From Hyphochytrium catenoides (Eukaryota > Protista > Hyphochytriomycota), in the NCBI GenBank assembly GCA_900088475.1, contig FLMG01000727.1, positions 1-64,000 on the forward strand: a DNA stretch of 64,000 nt, read 5' to 3'. Below the pieces are notes generated by a model. That model was not told the DNA's origin. It saw nothing but the letters and a program-made list of their open reading frames with translations, and ran no database searches. This document shows, piece by piece, positions 47,688 to 60,771 of the stretch (the first letter of the stretch is position 1; each line of letters begins with the position of its first letter). The position numbers were made by a program, and so were the translations under genes.

Positions 47688-50600
47688 TCAACTCAACTTG
47701 AGCACTTCCGCAATTCCTATCTTTTCATGGTCGTCTTCTTCACTTTCTCCATCCTCCACTTCGTCCTCATTGCCACTTTCGCCTGAAAACCTGATATTTG
47801 GGTGCATTGAAGAGCCTCTGCTTTGGAGAATGCTTCTGGCCGCATCCAGCACCTTCATGTCCTCCTTGGCTTTCTCCAGGGCGGCCTTCGCTTCCTCTAT
47901 GTCTTGTTTTGTCCTTATGGGCTTGCCAATAAGATTTTTCGACGCAGAGAGTGCGGCCCCTTCCTGTTTTTCTAGGATTGGAGGCCCAGGGAGATGCGGC
48001 TGGACGACGTGGCAAACGAAGGCATCGCAGAAAACGAGTCAGATAATTGTAGAAATTAAGCGTCGCTGTCGACTATTTGTAGAAATTAAGCGTCGCTGTC
48101 GACTACCTGACGTCTCTTCTGGCTGTGGACACCGCTCACCCTCTTCGTGGGCACCTTGTCTTCATCGGTGTCATCCTCATCAGTCGAGAATAGATCCTGT
48201 AAGGATGATGATGATACAAAAAGCATGAGCCTGGAAGACAGGGAGGATATACCTTCACCAGAAGGCCCGTACCTTCTTCATGGCTTCGAGGGATCTCTCA
48301 TTGGCGCGAATGAGCTGAACAATCTCCTCGTCGAACTCCTCGCATTCGTCCAAAATCTACCGAAAATGCAAAACATAGGTCAGGATCCTATTGAAGCTGA
48401 CACTTGCGACAGAGGAAAGGATGTCCCCCAGGTATACACGCCCACAGTTAGGCTTGAAGATCTTGCTCGGAGAACAGTTGACAGAAAAGGGGAAAGTTCG
48501 CAATATTGCCCTACCTCTTTAGCGGTTTTGGGCCTAACAAGGACCTCATCCTTATACTTAAGAGTCTGCACCTCAGCCTGTGGAGTCACGTAGCGAGTTC
48601 AAGAGCGAAAGCTATGAGGACCTAGTAAAGCAGATGGGAAGGAACGACACAGCCCTCTTCATCACCTTCATCTGGTCTCTTTCGGCCTCAAGGCTTGAAA
48701 TCTTCGCTAGCAATGTTTTCCTTTCCTGGGGTCAGTGGAGCTCGTCAGAAGTCAGAAACAGAAGAAAGAATGAGAGCTGTAAGAGCGAAAAAGAAAGGAA
48801 AGAAATAACATATAAACAGATGCAGGCAGCAGAAGTGAGCCTTCGCCAGCGAAGAAGAGGTGATGGCGGGAGCATACTGGGAGAAAAACCGTGGCAGTAG
48901 AAGCAGTCATAATCATATTGACCTCAGAAATGGCATAGAGGTTGGCATTCTCTGTCTTCAAGCGGCGATTCTCTTCCAAAAGTTCTTCTATGTATTTCTC
49001 TCTCTGGGAGCCGTCGGTCGTCTGTGCATCTTCACGCTCTTCGCTTTGTCGCCCCAAGGCCGAGAGCTGCGTGCTTCTAAGCACTTCCTTCTCCATCTGT
49101 AAAGTCTCTACTACTTTCAAAAGCTTGCGAATGGTTGCATGTGGATCAGAAGGGTCCACCATCTGTAACGAGGAAGGGACAGGGTGAGCTATGTCCTCCC
49201 GTGCTCTTATAAGTGGTCTTCTCCTGTTTGGGCGCTTCCGTTCCTCTCCTTGTGAAAATAGTGAGAATAACGACACTCCACGCTTACCTGGAGAGTTACG
49301 GAAGTGGGGATCTCATCGTTCAGTTCTTCCCTGGCTTCCTAAGGGACGCGGGTTAGCTTTGTCCTGGCTAAGAACTGACTAAGAAAGGAGGAAACGTTCT
49401 TTGGAGGAGGTATAGCATGAGGGAAATAGGTTAGGGAGCCGGAGAGCAAGTCAAGGGGCAATAGCGGCTAGGTTGACCAGAGTTCTTCGGTCCATTATAT
49501 TCCTTCCTCATTACCCTTGCAGTCTGTCTTGCAGATAGGTTCTCTTGAAGAGTGCTGTCGCTGCTGCCCGTTCCGGGTCTTGAAGGGTTGTTCTCTTCCC
49601 CTTCGCGAGGAGACGAGCGGTAAGCTGATCCTCTGAGTCTTTCCACAAATGACACTGACTTCTGTGACCTATATGCCATGCTATGTAAGTTTTCTTTTAT
49701 GACAGGCAAATATAGCTTGACTGCTACAAAAGATCAACATTACAGCTCCTACTTACCTCGGGGTAGGCGCAGAACCATCACTGCTGGCACTAAAGCGAGA
49801 GCGACAGGTCTCCATGACCTGTCGGGGAGTGGCCTCTGGCTCTCTAAGAACGGACTGAAGGCAAGAAGAATGTAAAGGTCAGAGACAGAGCGTAAAGTGC
49901 CAGGGAAGGCCACAAGCAACAGCGTAGTCAACAGCTTGACGAGCAGAAAATGTGTACGAAACAGCTACGTGGGATAACGGGAGATGCACACAGAATAAAA
50001 GAATCAGGGAAGCCCAACGTATAACAAGTCCATGTAAAGGCACGGGTCTCTACCTCTGCCAAATAGGATGTAAGAAGGGCGTTGCTATTGAGTGACTCCG
50101 TTGAAAAGAGCCTAGCACTGCCGCGGGGGAGAGCTGGAACAAGCGTCGCAGAGGAGGAGACGGTATATCAGCTTTTCATGGCGTAATGATGATCCTCGAA
50201 GTCAAAGAACACAAAGGAGGACTAGTGAGAGGAGAAACGGAAGTGGAAAAGTTCTATGTTAAGGGATTGGCTGGGTAGGGAAGCCGAACTGTTAAGGGCA
50301 TGGCAAGGTAATGAAGCCCGACGGTGAGCACAAAGAAGGACCCAATGTCTTCACACCTGCTTGTGACTCTGTACCGGGAGTGCTGGTGACTGCCCTCGCT
50401 ATGGCCGTGCCAGGCCTACCGGGCTCTGAAAGAGTATTTGTCAGCTAGAGTGCATTGTTCTATACGATTAGGGGGAGAGGTGCTAAATCATTTCTGTCTC
50501 TTGTCTCGTGTACGGGTGACCCCTTGCTTCCCAAGAGCAGGACTTACCATTCTGTCTTTCAATTAAACCCTGGAAGTACTCGTCTGCAAGCTCTTTGTCC

Positions 50601-52258
50601 AGAGAGGAAACGACCTCTCCGTCAAGCTCTCCTAGCCGAGGCAGCGCTCTTAGGGTGCGATGCCGATACCCGGGGCTGGAGAAGGCACATGGATTGCCAT
50701 CAAGATCCAAAGATCTTAACTGTGGAGATATCCGATTAGAAAGACGTGGTCAGACAGAAAGAGCCCTGAAATGACAGCGAGAAAGAGCTGAACGAAGCCA
50801 TGACAGGGACAAAGAGGTTGGACCATTGAACAAAGGTCTAGAAGGCTAAGACATCACATCTACCTTCCTGGAAAGCACCTACCTTGGAAAGCCCTCGAAG
50901 CACGGCCAAGGCTGTCTCAAGCGCCGGAATGCAGTTTCCATACAGGGAGAGCGTTTGGAGTTGAGGAAGACCCGCCAAGCAGTCCAAAGAACGGATCTAT
51001 GAGCTATGCTTTAGATAACGATATATCTTCTATATCATAGAGTGAAAGAGGCTGCCACTGAAGAAAAGGAAGAGAGGACACAGTAGAAGCGAGTAGAAAA
51101 GGCTCAGAAAGCGAGAGAATGCGTGCTCCAGCGACACACCAACTTAGTAGCTAGCTCACGAGCCACGTCACACGTCAGAAATAGTTATGGAGAAGAGCAG
51201 CTCTCTGAGGAGAAGGTGGACAGTGATTGGATGTAAGAAGATAGCTAAGCAGGTGCTAGAAGTCAGATAAGAAATGATATGAGAGACATTTGCACCAAAG
51301 GCCATCGCTGACTCACCTTGTTATTTGCAGCGTAGAGCCGCTTTAGGTTCTTGCAGCGGAGGTTCGTTAGGGACTCCAGTTGGTTAAAGTTCAGGTTGAG
51401 CTGCCAGAAGACACTTCACTTAGAATCTTATACTAATAGAGAAGAATAGAGGAAGAAAACACGCCGGAAGAGATAACAAGGCAGAGAGGAGTCAGAGCGG
51501 GAGAAACAGAGACTTAGGGGCAGCACATGAGGATGCGAAAGATAAGGGCAGTCAATCTGTAAGTGTAAGGGATGCTAGAGGAAGGCAGACACCTAGCCTA
51601 GCAGGCAGCAAGGATACGCCCATGCTTCTTCACTCACCTCCTCTAGCGCGACGAGGTGCTCAAAATTTGCAAGTGAGGTAAAACAATTGTGTGAGAGGGA
51701 GAGAATCCGCAGGCCTGAGAGCGTGACCGCGCAATCATCAGCCAGCGAAGAGAGGTTCAGCTTGCGTAGGATGACCTGCAAGGACAGAGGTGAGCAAATA
51801 CTTCCACAGAATTTCTCCCCTTACCCTGTTCCCTTCAGACCGCTCTCACACTCTGCTATCCTCCCTCCTCTTTCTACCCTTCTTATCTCAGTTCACTAGA
51901 GGTCATCAGGGCTTCCTCTCACTCTCTTTTGTTAGTCGCTCATCTCTATATCTCTCCAACCTGGGACACCCACCTCTTGAAGGCTATTCAGATCTCTGGC
52001 GCCTGTATACTCCTTAACCAGTGACAGGGAGAGGAGGCCATCTCCGTTTGTCTCGCTCCGCCCGTCTTCGATATGGTCTGAAGGGCTCCATGGATCTTCG
52101 GGGCTCACTTTGGCTTGAACTCCGAATCTCCTGGAGCTCTCTATCGCGCTGAGAATCTCCGTCTCAAGGGCGTCTGACGGCTCTTCCTCTACGCCCTTGC
52201 TATAAAGAGACAGCGCATCCACGTCGGAGCGATGACCAGTCGCACCTTCTCTGGTCAT
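47688..52258 (-). CDS. SDS22-type leucine-rich repeat protein with LRRcap and C-terminal coiled coil (possibly centriolar/ciliary); multi-exon
   Basis: LRILSLSHNCFTSL, LEE|LNLNFNQLESL, LKRLYAANNK|IRSL, LQTLSLYGNCI, LRSLDLDGNP...YRHRTLRALPRLGELDG. Coiled coil: IEELLEENRRLKTENANLYAISE. Acidic C-terminus. Confidence 0.82.
48047..48105. repeat. Perfect 29-bp direct repeat, 30-bp period (intronic)
   Basis: TTGTAGAAATTAAGCGTCGCTGTCGACTA at 48047 and 48077. Confidence 0.95.
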
Positions 52259-52594
52259 GGTGTGCCTCCAAGCGCTGTACACTCGCAGTACTGCGAGCTA
52301 GCGGTTTGATGGAGAGGATCTTAGGGAGAATGTGGGCGACTTAGGACTGAACGATCATCTTCTCATCAGGCTTTCGAACCACCGAGAGTGAATGTAAACT
52401 AAACTCTGCAGCCTTCGTTCTGGTCACGACCTCTGCAGGCTTCTGGCCTTGTCCTGTCGCTGTTCTCACCCTATACCCGTCTCCTTAGCTTCTCTTCCTC
52501 AAGCCATCAGTCCACTACTCCTATTCTTCTCTTCACTTCCCCTCTCCCATGTTGATTGCTAGTCCACTTTTCTTTCTATTCCCTCTCGTGTGTC

Positions 52595-52598
52595 TCTC

Positions 52599-52649
<51 letters not shown>

Positions 52650-52700
52650 TTCTCTCCGTCGCTCTCTGTCGCTCTCTGTCTCTCTCTTCCTCTTGATCTC
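52595..52700. repeat. (CT)n microsatellite between divergent genes
   Basis: Directly visible. Confidence 0.95.
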
Positions 52701-53103
52701 TCTTCTTCATCCAATAGCTTTTCGGGATGGGCGTTACATTGGTAAACCTACGATTTGGTCAGCAATACACTTTCAGTATCAGGTTCAAAACAAAGGGTCG
52801 ATCGCCGAAATCGTAATGTTACATTCCCCTCAAGTAGCTTTCTACCATCTCAAAAGAACAACAAGTTTCTCTCTCTCTCTCTTCTCCTTCCTCACTTCTC
52901 TCAGGAGTCGCAAGGTCTGGTGGCTCGTACAAGCAAGTCAGAGGCTCTGAGCCAGCAGCCTTGACGAAGAGACATAAGGTTGCCGCTTCATATCCATCAT
53001 TGCTAGCTCCACAGTGGCCCACGGAAGTCTTCACTTACCCATCAAGCGGCTAATCTGACAGGAAGCCTGGCTGCCCACGCCGTCAGACCAGTACCTTGCC
53101 AAA

Positions 53104-53474
53104 ATGCCAGAATCCACGATCACAATGGCCGGCGATAGCGCACAGGTGATGGAAGGAATGGTGGACTATGCCCAGAGACATCAAATCAACAAAGGTGAGG
53201 CGTCAGTGCCTTGGTTTGGTTCTTCAACAGTTTTTGTTCTGTTTGCATTGACAGGCAAACTTGTCCCTTCTCCCTGCTTTCGATTGCCTCTTCTATTATG
53301 AAAAGTCGCTTGTTCCTGGTCAGATACTAACTATGTAGTTGGTTCTAATCACTTGACATCTTCTCTTGCTTTATAGGCATGAAAGCTCTTTTGGAGAAGC
53401 TGTTGCAAGAGAAACCTCAGGACCCAATTGACTATATGATTGGGCTCCTTCAAGCGGAAAAAGTATTCACATAG
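53104..53474 (+). CDS. Stand-alone RIIa/Dpy-30-type dimerisation-docking microprotein (62 aa, 2 exons)
   Basis: Exons 53104-53194 and 53377-53474 give ...VDYAQRHQINK|GMKALLEKLLQEKPQDPIDYMIGLLQAEKVFT*. This fits the Y..H.I...L..LL.EKP.DP..Y pattern of D/D domains. The branch site CTAAT and acceptor TTATAG are present. Confidence 0.75.
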
Positions 53475-53793
53475 AAAAGAGAACGAAGTGGAGTCTTGGC
53501 AAGGATGCTCAGAACTCTAGTGGTACGGTGCAACCAGCTGATGACCAGCAGGAGAATTGATCACATGAACAAAGGCGAGGTTGCAGACTCCCCTAAACAG
53601 CCCTTGAAGGAATGGATGAGATAGGAGAAGAGGGTAGGGATCCAGAGATGCTATGTCTTGTCCATCATAGAGGTGCAATCAGCGCTTCATGGAAAGAAGG
53701 AAGACATCTCTATTATCGAGGTCCGTAGTCACTAAGGATGTGTCCCTACAGCCTCAAAATAAATACATCTTGAGACTGACATCGCAGCAAACT

Positions 53794-56399
53794 CTAGATT
53801 TCGTCATCCAAGTCAATCTCGTTGGGGTCATCGGCTGCTTGTACTTGTGAAGCAGTCGGCGCCGAATCTGGAGGAAATATACTTAGAAGTGAAGAAGTGA
53901 ACGGGTTTAAGGAAATGGGCCAAGGTGAGTTTCAGGAGAGCTCGGAATATGCCTATTAACAAAGGAGAGGCAGGCAAAAGAAAGAAAAAGAGGAGAACTA
54001 TATAAAAGAGAGAACAAGATGAAGTAGCGTTTACCAATCAGTCAGGAAGAGGTCGTGGGAGAGCATGTTACCTTCCTCCAGATCGTCCAGATCTATCTCG
54101 CAGGGGTCACTAAAAGCTTGGGTGGGAAGGGTGAGACCTCCAACTTCAAATAGCTGGGGAACCAAGCCCCCTGTACCTCCACTTCCTCCTTTTGCTAAAG
54201 TCTTCCCGTACGGAATAGTTATCAGATGTGGTTCTTGGAGACGCTTTAAGAGCTCGTCCGTCTGAGGATTACCCTGCCGATCTGGTTGTCGCCGTGGGTG
54301 AAAGACGTCCCTAGGTTTCCCACACGTTTTTGTGAGGCAAGGTCCAGGTCCAACGAGTAAGTGAAGAGCTCGACCACAGTGAAAAAGGAAGACAAGGAAA
54401 ATCATGGAAATTTTGCCACGACCGACGGAAAGTGAGATTCAGATAAAAGTGAGGACAAAGTACCGAAAGGACAGTACGACGTAAAATTTCTAAAACGGAA
54501 CCCATACCCAGCAACGTAATGCTGGACCGTCCTTCCAAAGGGGGGTGGCGACAATAACCCTTCTTCGCTGCTTGATCTCTCTTTCATTCGCCGGACATGG
54601 ATCTCTACATCTGGGACTGTCTTGGGAGGTCTGGTTGAGTAGAACGAATAGGTTCCCTTGACAATTCCAAGCCACTCGGGATCTAATGAGATCTTGTCCT
54701 CTCGAAGTTCGTGACTGTGTGTCTCCCCACGAACTGGAATCTGCACAACTTGGAGGAAGTCCCTACCCGGCAGACACTTATCCAGACTGAGGAATTTCGT
54801 CGTCTATGAACAGGAGAATGGCCGACGGTCAAGCGATTGAAGAGAATAATTGACATATGGAGGATAATATTGGCAACAACGGTCACAGATGAAAGAGAGC
54901 GGTGAGCTGGCGCTTGATATAGGGCAAACCTTCGCATCTCCTTTGCCTTCATGTGGCACGACGGCCACAAACTTGCAATGCATATGAGCGGCAAACCAAT
55001 AGCTGGGCTGGGATAAAGGACATGAGTGAATATTGCACCAGAGATCAGTCAAAGTATTGCAATCACTTAATCCAACTGCGCCATCTCAAGAACACATAGG
55101 TGGGAAGCAAGTAGGATGTAGAATATACAAGAGCAGTATGGGAACTCGATATCGAACTTAGGAGGTCCGTCATCGGGAGGCAGAGCGAGATGCATATTGA
55201 TATCGGGTCAGAGCCTTTGAAGCTCGAGGGCCGAACTTTGACTTTGCTTACTTGCAGCTTCGCCAGCAGCGCATCAGTATGTGGGTTGCCCAATGCATCC
55301 CTCTCTATGTCACTCCTAAATAAGGGAAAAGAAGCGACAACGAGAGAGCGGTGCGGGGACGGGGCAGGTAGAGCCTCGAATTACAAGCTGAAGCAGTAGG
55401 AGAGCACTTCCGGTAAGGGACACCTGAAAAACGGCTTGCGCCGGAGAAGACCTTTTACGTCTCCGTACTTGGTAATCCCAGCTGGCCAATCATGCGAGAG
55501 GAAGACGTCCAATGGCTCCTTAAACTGTGGGACGCATTGAGTTATGAGGAGAACCAAGGTGACCGAATGAACCAAAGGGACATACAATAGCAGCGCACTA
55601 GGTTAGGTGGTAAGACCATGATGCTGAACGTCAAAGAGATCTCCAGGAGAAGTTGTTCCAAGGAAGAACATGGTGACAGTCTGAGGACTCCTTAATCTAG
55701 TCCCGTCACTGCTAATAGGCTAAGGGAAGTTAAAAGACCTCTCTGTAGTACCTGCATGAGTCTCATCATATCCTGCTCACGGACGTGATATACGCTTCTC
55801 ATGGACGATTCAGTGTATGGCGGTCGCTCATAATGCCCGATATGGTAATGCGCGCTCTTGTATATGCCTAGAGGGCAGTGGATTGTCGAGCCTCTCAGAC
55901 AAGAAGCTCTTCTGACAAGAAAGCCTGTCGTACCAGATAGGCCACCAATGCGAATGCCTCCAAAGTTCACGATGCCTGCATAGCCCAAGAAATAAATGTT
56001 GGGCGCTACCCAGCCACCAAGCGGCAGTTCCTATCAATAACAGTTGGTAAGAATGTCGCGCTTGTCCTGAAGTGTTATGTGGGTTACCTGAAGGTAGTTT
56101 GAAGCCTCATGATTGCCCCCTATAAAGATAGTAGGAATAGGTGCCGTCTTCTCGCCTGAATAGTACTTATAGAAGGTGCCTATCTTTTTATACTTAACGG
56201 GACAAGCCATACAAGCTAGATCTTCATAGTTTCGTACAGCTTGAAAGTCTCCACAAATAAGGAGAAGATCCACCTTCACCCCTTTCACTTGCTGGATGTG
56301 CAAGATGGTATCATAGATCTCATCCAGCTGGCCATGACAACAACCTTCTACCGCCACATTCAGAACCTTTGGCGGCGGTGTATCCGTAACTGCCGCCAT
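53794..56399 (-). CDS. DBR1: RNA lariat debranching enzyme; multi-exon
   Basis: [35 protein letters not shown]|[25 protein letters not shown]|[55 protein letters not shown], and an acidic tail DPNEIDLDD. Confidence 0.96.
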
Positions 56400-57533
56400 T
56401 CTCAGAGACCTCCGTCTGCTTTCACTCTCGTATCTTCACCCTACCCTACTTGTATCTTCAACTCTATCCGCGGCTACTTTTCGAGATCCTCCCTCAAGGC
56501 GCACAGGTTAGGGACGAGTGCAATAGCCCGTCTTCTCGTGTCTCTACCGCCTCGCTTCGTGCTCCGCTTCAGCTCTCTCGTCCTTCAGAAAGTCGAAGGA
56601 ACTCCGCTAACGCTGCTTCAGAGCTGCTGTTGTCTTCTCTAGTAGCACTTGTTGGGCCGTTGTTGAGATTCAACGACCGTGAAATAGCCTAATGGCAGCG
56701 TTAGTCGAGCAAGCACGTAGCCATGGCGTCAACAGGTTCTATGAACATGAAAGGATGATCGAGTCGATCCGATGATGGGGACAAACATTTTTGCTTTCTC
56801 ATTCTTCATCGTCAATTAGCCGATCCAGAATAGAGATGGGTAATAGATTCCTTATCCCAGACATATGATATTTGTATCGATAATACTACACTTGTGTTAT
56901 CATAACAGCCACAAGAATCTTTATTGTCTCTGTCTCTTTCTGATAAAGAGTCATGCTGCGGTAAGAACCATCACTCAGGCAGTCTTCAGAGAACAGCTCA
57001 GGGCTGTCAGCTCTCGCTTCAGCACTTATTAGGTTGTTCGGACCAGTATCACAGCCAACGCACCATACCGATGTTCCCCATTGCCTTCACTGCAACTTGT
57101 CTATCTCTGGCTTAAGGTTTTTGTGAGGAAAGTTCGCGCTGGACTCCAGATGTGGTGCAGGACTTGCTGCTATGAGTGGTTGTCAGTCAGGAGCTTGGTT
57201 GGTTGAAGACATGAGGTCATTAGATGCAGTAAAGATGCGGACTGTTGAGCAATAAGAACCCATGGCTGGGCAAATGCTACGGCCTTGAAGAACATTTGAG
57301 GAATGGTAGATATGCAAGAAAGGTCTGACATCCCTCCCCCGGATGAAATACGTCGTCCTGGTTTGAAATTGATGTTAGCGTAGCGAAGCTCTCATACGGT
57401 GCTACTCTGCAGCACTGGTTACAAGCGGAGACTAAAGCTTTCAATGAGGATTGAGGTCCCAATTAATCAACTGAAAGAATGGATGTTACCTCTGTACACA
57501 GCTAATAAGTGATATTATCGTTATAAAAAAGTG

Positions 57534-58176
57534 CTATTGTCGAGACCATTGCCTATTGCTAACTCTAAGAGCTTGAGACCTATCGATGAATACCTCTGGG
57601 GGAGTATTGTCGTTGATGGCGAAGAAGAGGCTGGACTTCTTTGAGGTGAGAGTGGCACGCAGTAGATCCAGCAGATGAACCCATGTCATCTTCTTTTTCG
57701 ATGTATTCTCCTCAAACCAAAGAGAGCAGTTTAGCCCCCATGCATGGAACTCGAAGGCAAGGCTTGAGGGTATAGAAGAGAATTCAGTGCTTTGGACCCA
57801 CAAGATGGCCTCATCGGTTGACCGATGTAGGAAGGATGATAGATAGTGAGTCATACCTAGCGTTTTAGCTAACATGATAGAGTATATATAATGCTGTGAG
57901 TACGTGGTGTCGGCAACAAGGGGAAAGGGTAATGAACTCTAACTTTCCTATCATCTTGGATGAGAATCAGCGATGCCTCAATGTCTGCTTGTCCTACTTG
58001 CGATACGAGTTTTGGCTAACAAAGTGAGTGTCTTCAATTCTACTCTCCTCTACTACGGATCCCCTCAACTCGTTGATGGCTCGAGCGGTAGAGACTGAAG
58101 AAGACTTTGACACGGACGAGCCTTCTTTCCGCATTTTGCCAGTCGCAACGCTCTCATCCGTTTGGCCTGGCTCCAT
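57534..58176 (-). CDS. Possible hypothetical gene fragment(s)
   Basis: Two same-strand ORFs (57994-58176 with ATG, and 57534-57875) with protein-like composition. No recognisable domain and no confirmed splice join. Confidence 0.25.
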
Positions 58177-58189
58177 GTACAGTTGAAGG

Positions 58190-58275
58190 AGAAAGCAGGA
58201 AGAAGAAGCAGGAGGAAGAAGAAGGAAGAAGAAGGAGAAGGAGGGGGAGAAGAAGAAGAAGAAAATGAAGAGAGA
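58190..58275. repeat. Purine-rich (GAA/GGA) low-complexity tract
   Basis: Directly visible. Confidence 0.8.
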
Positions 58276-58436
58276 CGAGAGCTACATACAGAATCGTGGA
58301 CTCTGCATTATTATTACGTTCTCCTCCCCACCATCAGTAGGAAAAGGAAGACGAACCAAATTTCAACTCTTCGGCAATAACGATAGGAGACGGAAGAGGA
58401 GACGAGGAAGAGGGCGTGGCGCCGAGACGATTACTA

Positions 58437-60771
58437 TCATCGCGCTCTATCATCATGCAAGCTAGAGCGTGGTCCAACTGCTGAACACGAATACGCTTCA
58501 AGGTCGTCTGTAGTGCCCTCTCTTAGTGATTGAATTGCCATCATAGCTAAGGCTGTAATCTTCTCCTTGAGGAGTAAGACCGAGAAACTCTTCCATACAT
58601 CTGAGTATGATGACTGTTCAAAGTGATAGAAAGAAATGTATATTGAGTTTCTTAAATAGCTATCAGCCTGTGTGTTGAGGGGTTTGAAGACGTTGTTTGC
58701 TTATCCAAAAGTCCTTTCCTAGTAGACGTCACTGTGTGGTACATGTGGAAGCTTTGAACTCTCGGTCAATGGCGATGATGATATTACCATCATGTCGTCA
58801 CGCAGACCCCTACCAGGCTCACCATCATTTCGAGCATAGGGCACAGTTTCCCACACTGGTTTATCCCCCTTTCTCAAAGTAAGGTGAACATTATTATAGG
58901 TAGCAGTTAGTCCGTTGAAGGGCGATGGACTAATGCAAACCGCGGCGACGGACTGTGACCGAACCACTGGGAACTCAGTTGTGGTCCTATTTTGATACAT
59001 TGTGGCGCCCGAGACCTCAACAAGAACTCTTGCCGTATGGATTGGATCGAGTAACAGCCAATGGCGAAGCCAGTACCTCGCTTTTCCTAATTTCCAATTA
59101 CGAGGCAGGCATCCCAGTAGCATGAGAATGAGCCGCGGAAGGACTACGGCCCCAAACAACCCGATGAGACACCACATCGTGATCCAAACCCGAATGGAGA
59201 TACCTCCAGCTCAGATGTAATCATCAATACCACCACTGGCAGGAACTACTTGTAGATCTGGAAAGCTAAAATTTCTATCTTCAAAGTACGATCCGTCAAT
59301 GACGGCAAGCACCCTGGCTTCACCGACCCGTCTTTCAATGCTGAACTGATGCCTGAAATGGCTCTCCATAGTCAGTTGACGGTCCGGTAGGAATTCCACA
59401 CCGCCTCGTAGAATAAAGGCATTTCCCCAGACAAGCTGCTGTGTGAACAACTCTTCACCGTCGGCGAATGAAGCTAATCCCATAACGGCCGTAAGAAGTA
59501 ACAAGTGGGAATCAGGTTGTATTTGGCCTTTGTCATCCAGGAGATAAGTTCGATTGATGAAGTCTACAATTGAGTCGTCATCGTTGGCTGCCATACTCAA
59601 GATCGTTCCGTTCGGTAGCTTGGAATGGACAGTATCCCATCCCAAGCAGTATGAAATGCGGATTGAACTTTTCGCGCCAGGTTGATACCTGACACCTTCG
59701 GGACCACTGAATTCAGCTGCTGTGACACTATAGTTATACATCGGATCATGAAGCGGCAAGGCAGAAAGAGGATTCATAAGAATCATTTGAATTCGGCGAG
59801 TGTCACTCCGCTGAGAACCGTCGGTTACGTTATCTTTCCAATAAGCATCAATTGGCCGTCCCTGGTTGCCACCTGTCATTCTAGAGTGCGGGAAGTATTT
59901 ATTCCCAAAGCTGTGTCTATATAAAAAGGTCGTGAATGGCGTAAATGGCTCATAGGATGATGTGAAGAGCTCGCCCGCCCAGAGAATTCCCATCTCGGTG
60001 GTCTCATTCGTCAGGGGATTAGAATACTTCCCGTAACGAAAGTGATAAAGAGGATCCATGAACGTGCATTCGCGGCGATGCTCAATCCAGACAGGAGATA
60101 TATTTCGAAGGACTCAAATGACCTTGAAAGCTGCTGTTAAACGTAGCTGAGATTGTAACGTTAAGGATGGGGTGGCAGTGCTTCACGTACGGTGGACATC
60201 CTGACTTCGTTTCGACAGCTATATCGTCATCCAGGGCCCACATCGGGTCTTCCGACTTGGCAATCTTCTGTTGAACCTTTCGGAGCCTCCGATTTGATTC
60301 GTACACCTCCAAAATCTTTGATAGCGCGCCGGTGCGGTTTTCGTTGTAGGCGATACCCTCTTGGAGTAGTAAACTCAGTGAAGTAGGGTTGGCAGGAATA
60401 TATGAATTGGGCAGGAGCATCAGATTTGTGAACTGAGGACCTCCCAGCAAATTTCCTGTCAGCACCATAATTGCACTCATAATTACTGAGGACCACATGA
60501 AGTAGTTTCCTCCAGAGCAAATGTTGACAAAACCTAGGACAATCTTCCTAGTGTTCTGCATCTCTGAAGTGAGACATACTTCGGCAGGATAGTCGTGGTA
60601 GACTCCGGGACCACTTCTCAAGAAGAGGTAGACCGAGTAAGCAGCTGATATGACTGTCGACAGAAGCTGCAAGGTTAGTGCCACCGCCAAGAGCGATATG
60701 AGGGTAGTAGAGTACGCTATCCATGTCGAATCAGTGATGACAATCGTCCAGGTTTCTTGATACCACTCCAT
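58437..60771 (-). pseudogene. Disrupted multi-pass membrane glycoprotein gene of unknown family
   Basis: ORFs 60082-60771, 59211-60059 and 58719-59177 are colinear. There is a 1-nt frame offset near 60082 and an in-frame TGA at 59211-59213 (YI*AGGISIRVWITMW). The same frame continues past 58719 through TAG and TAA for about 85 more codons. Confidence 0.55.
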
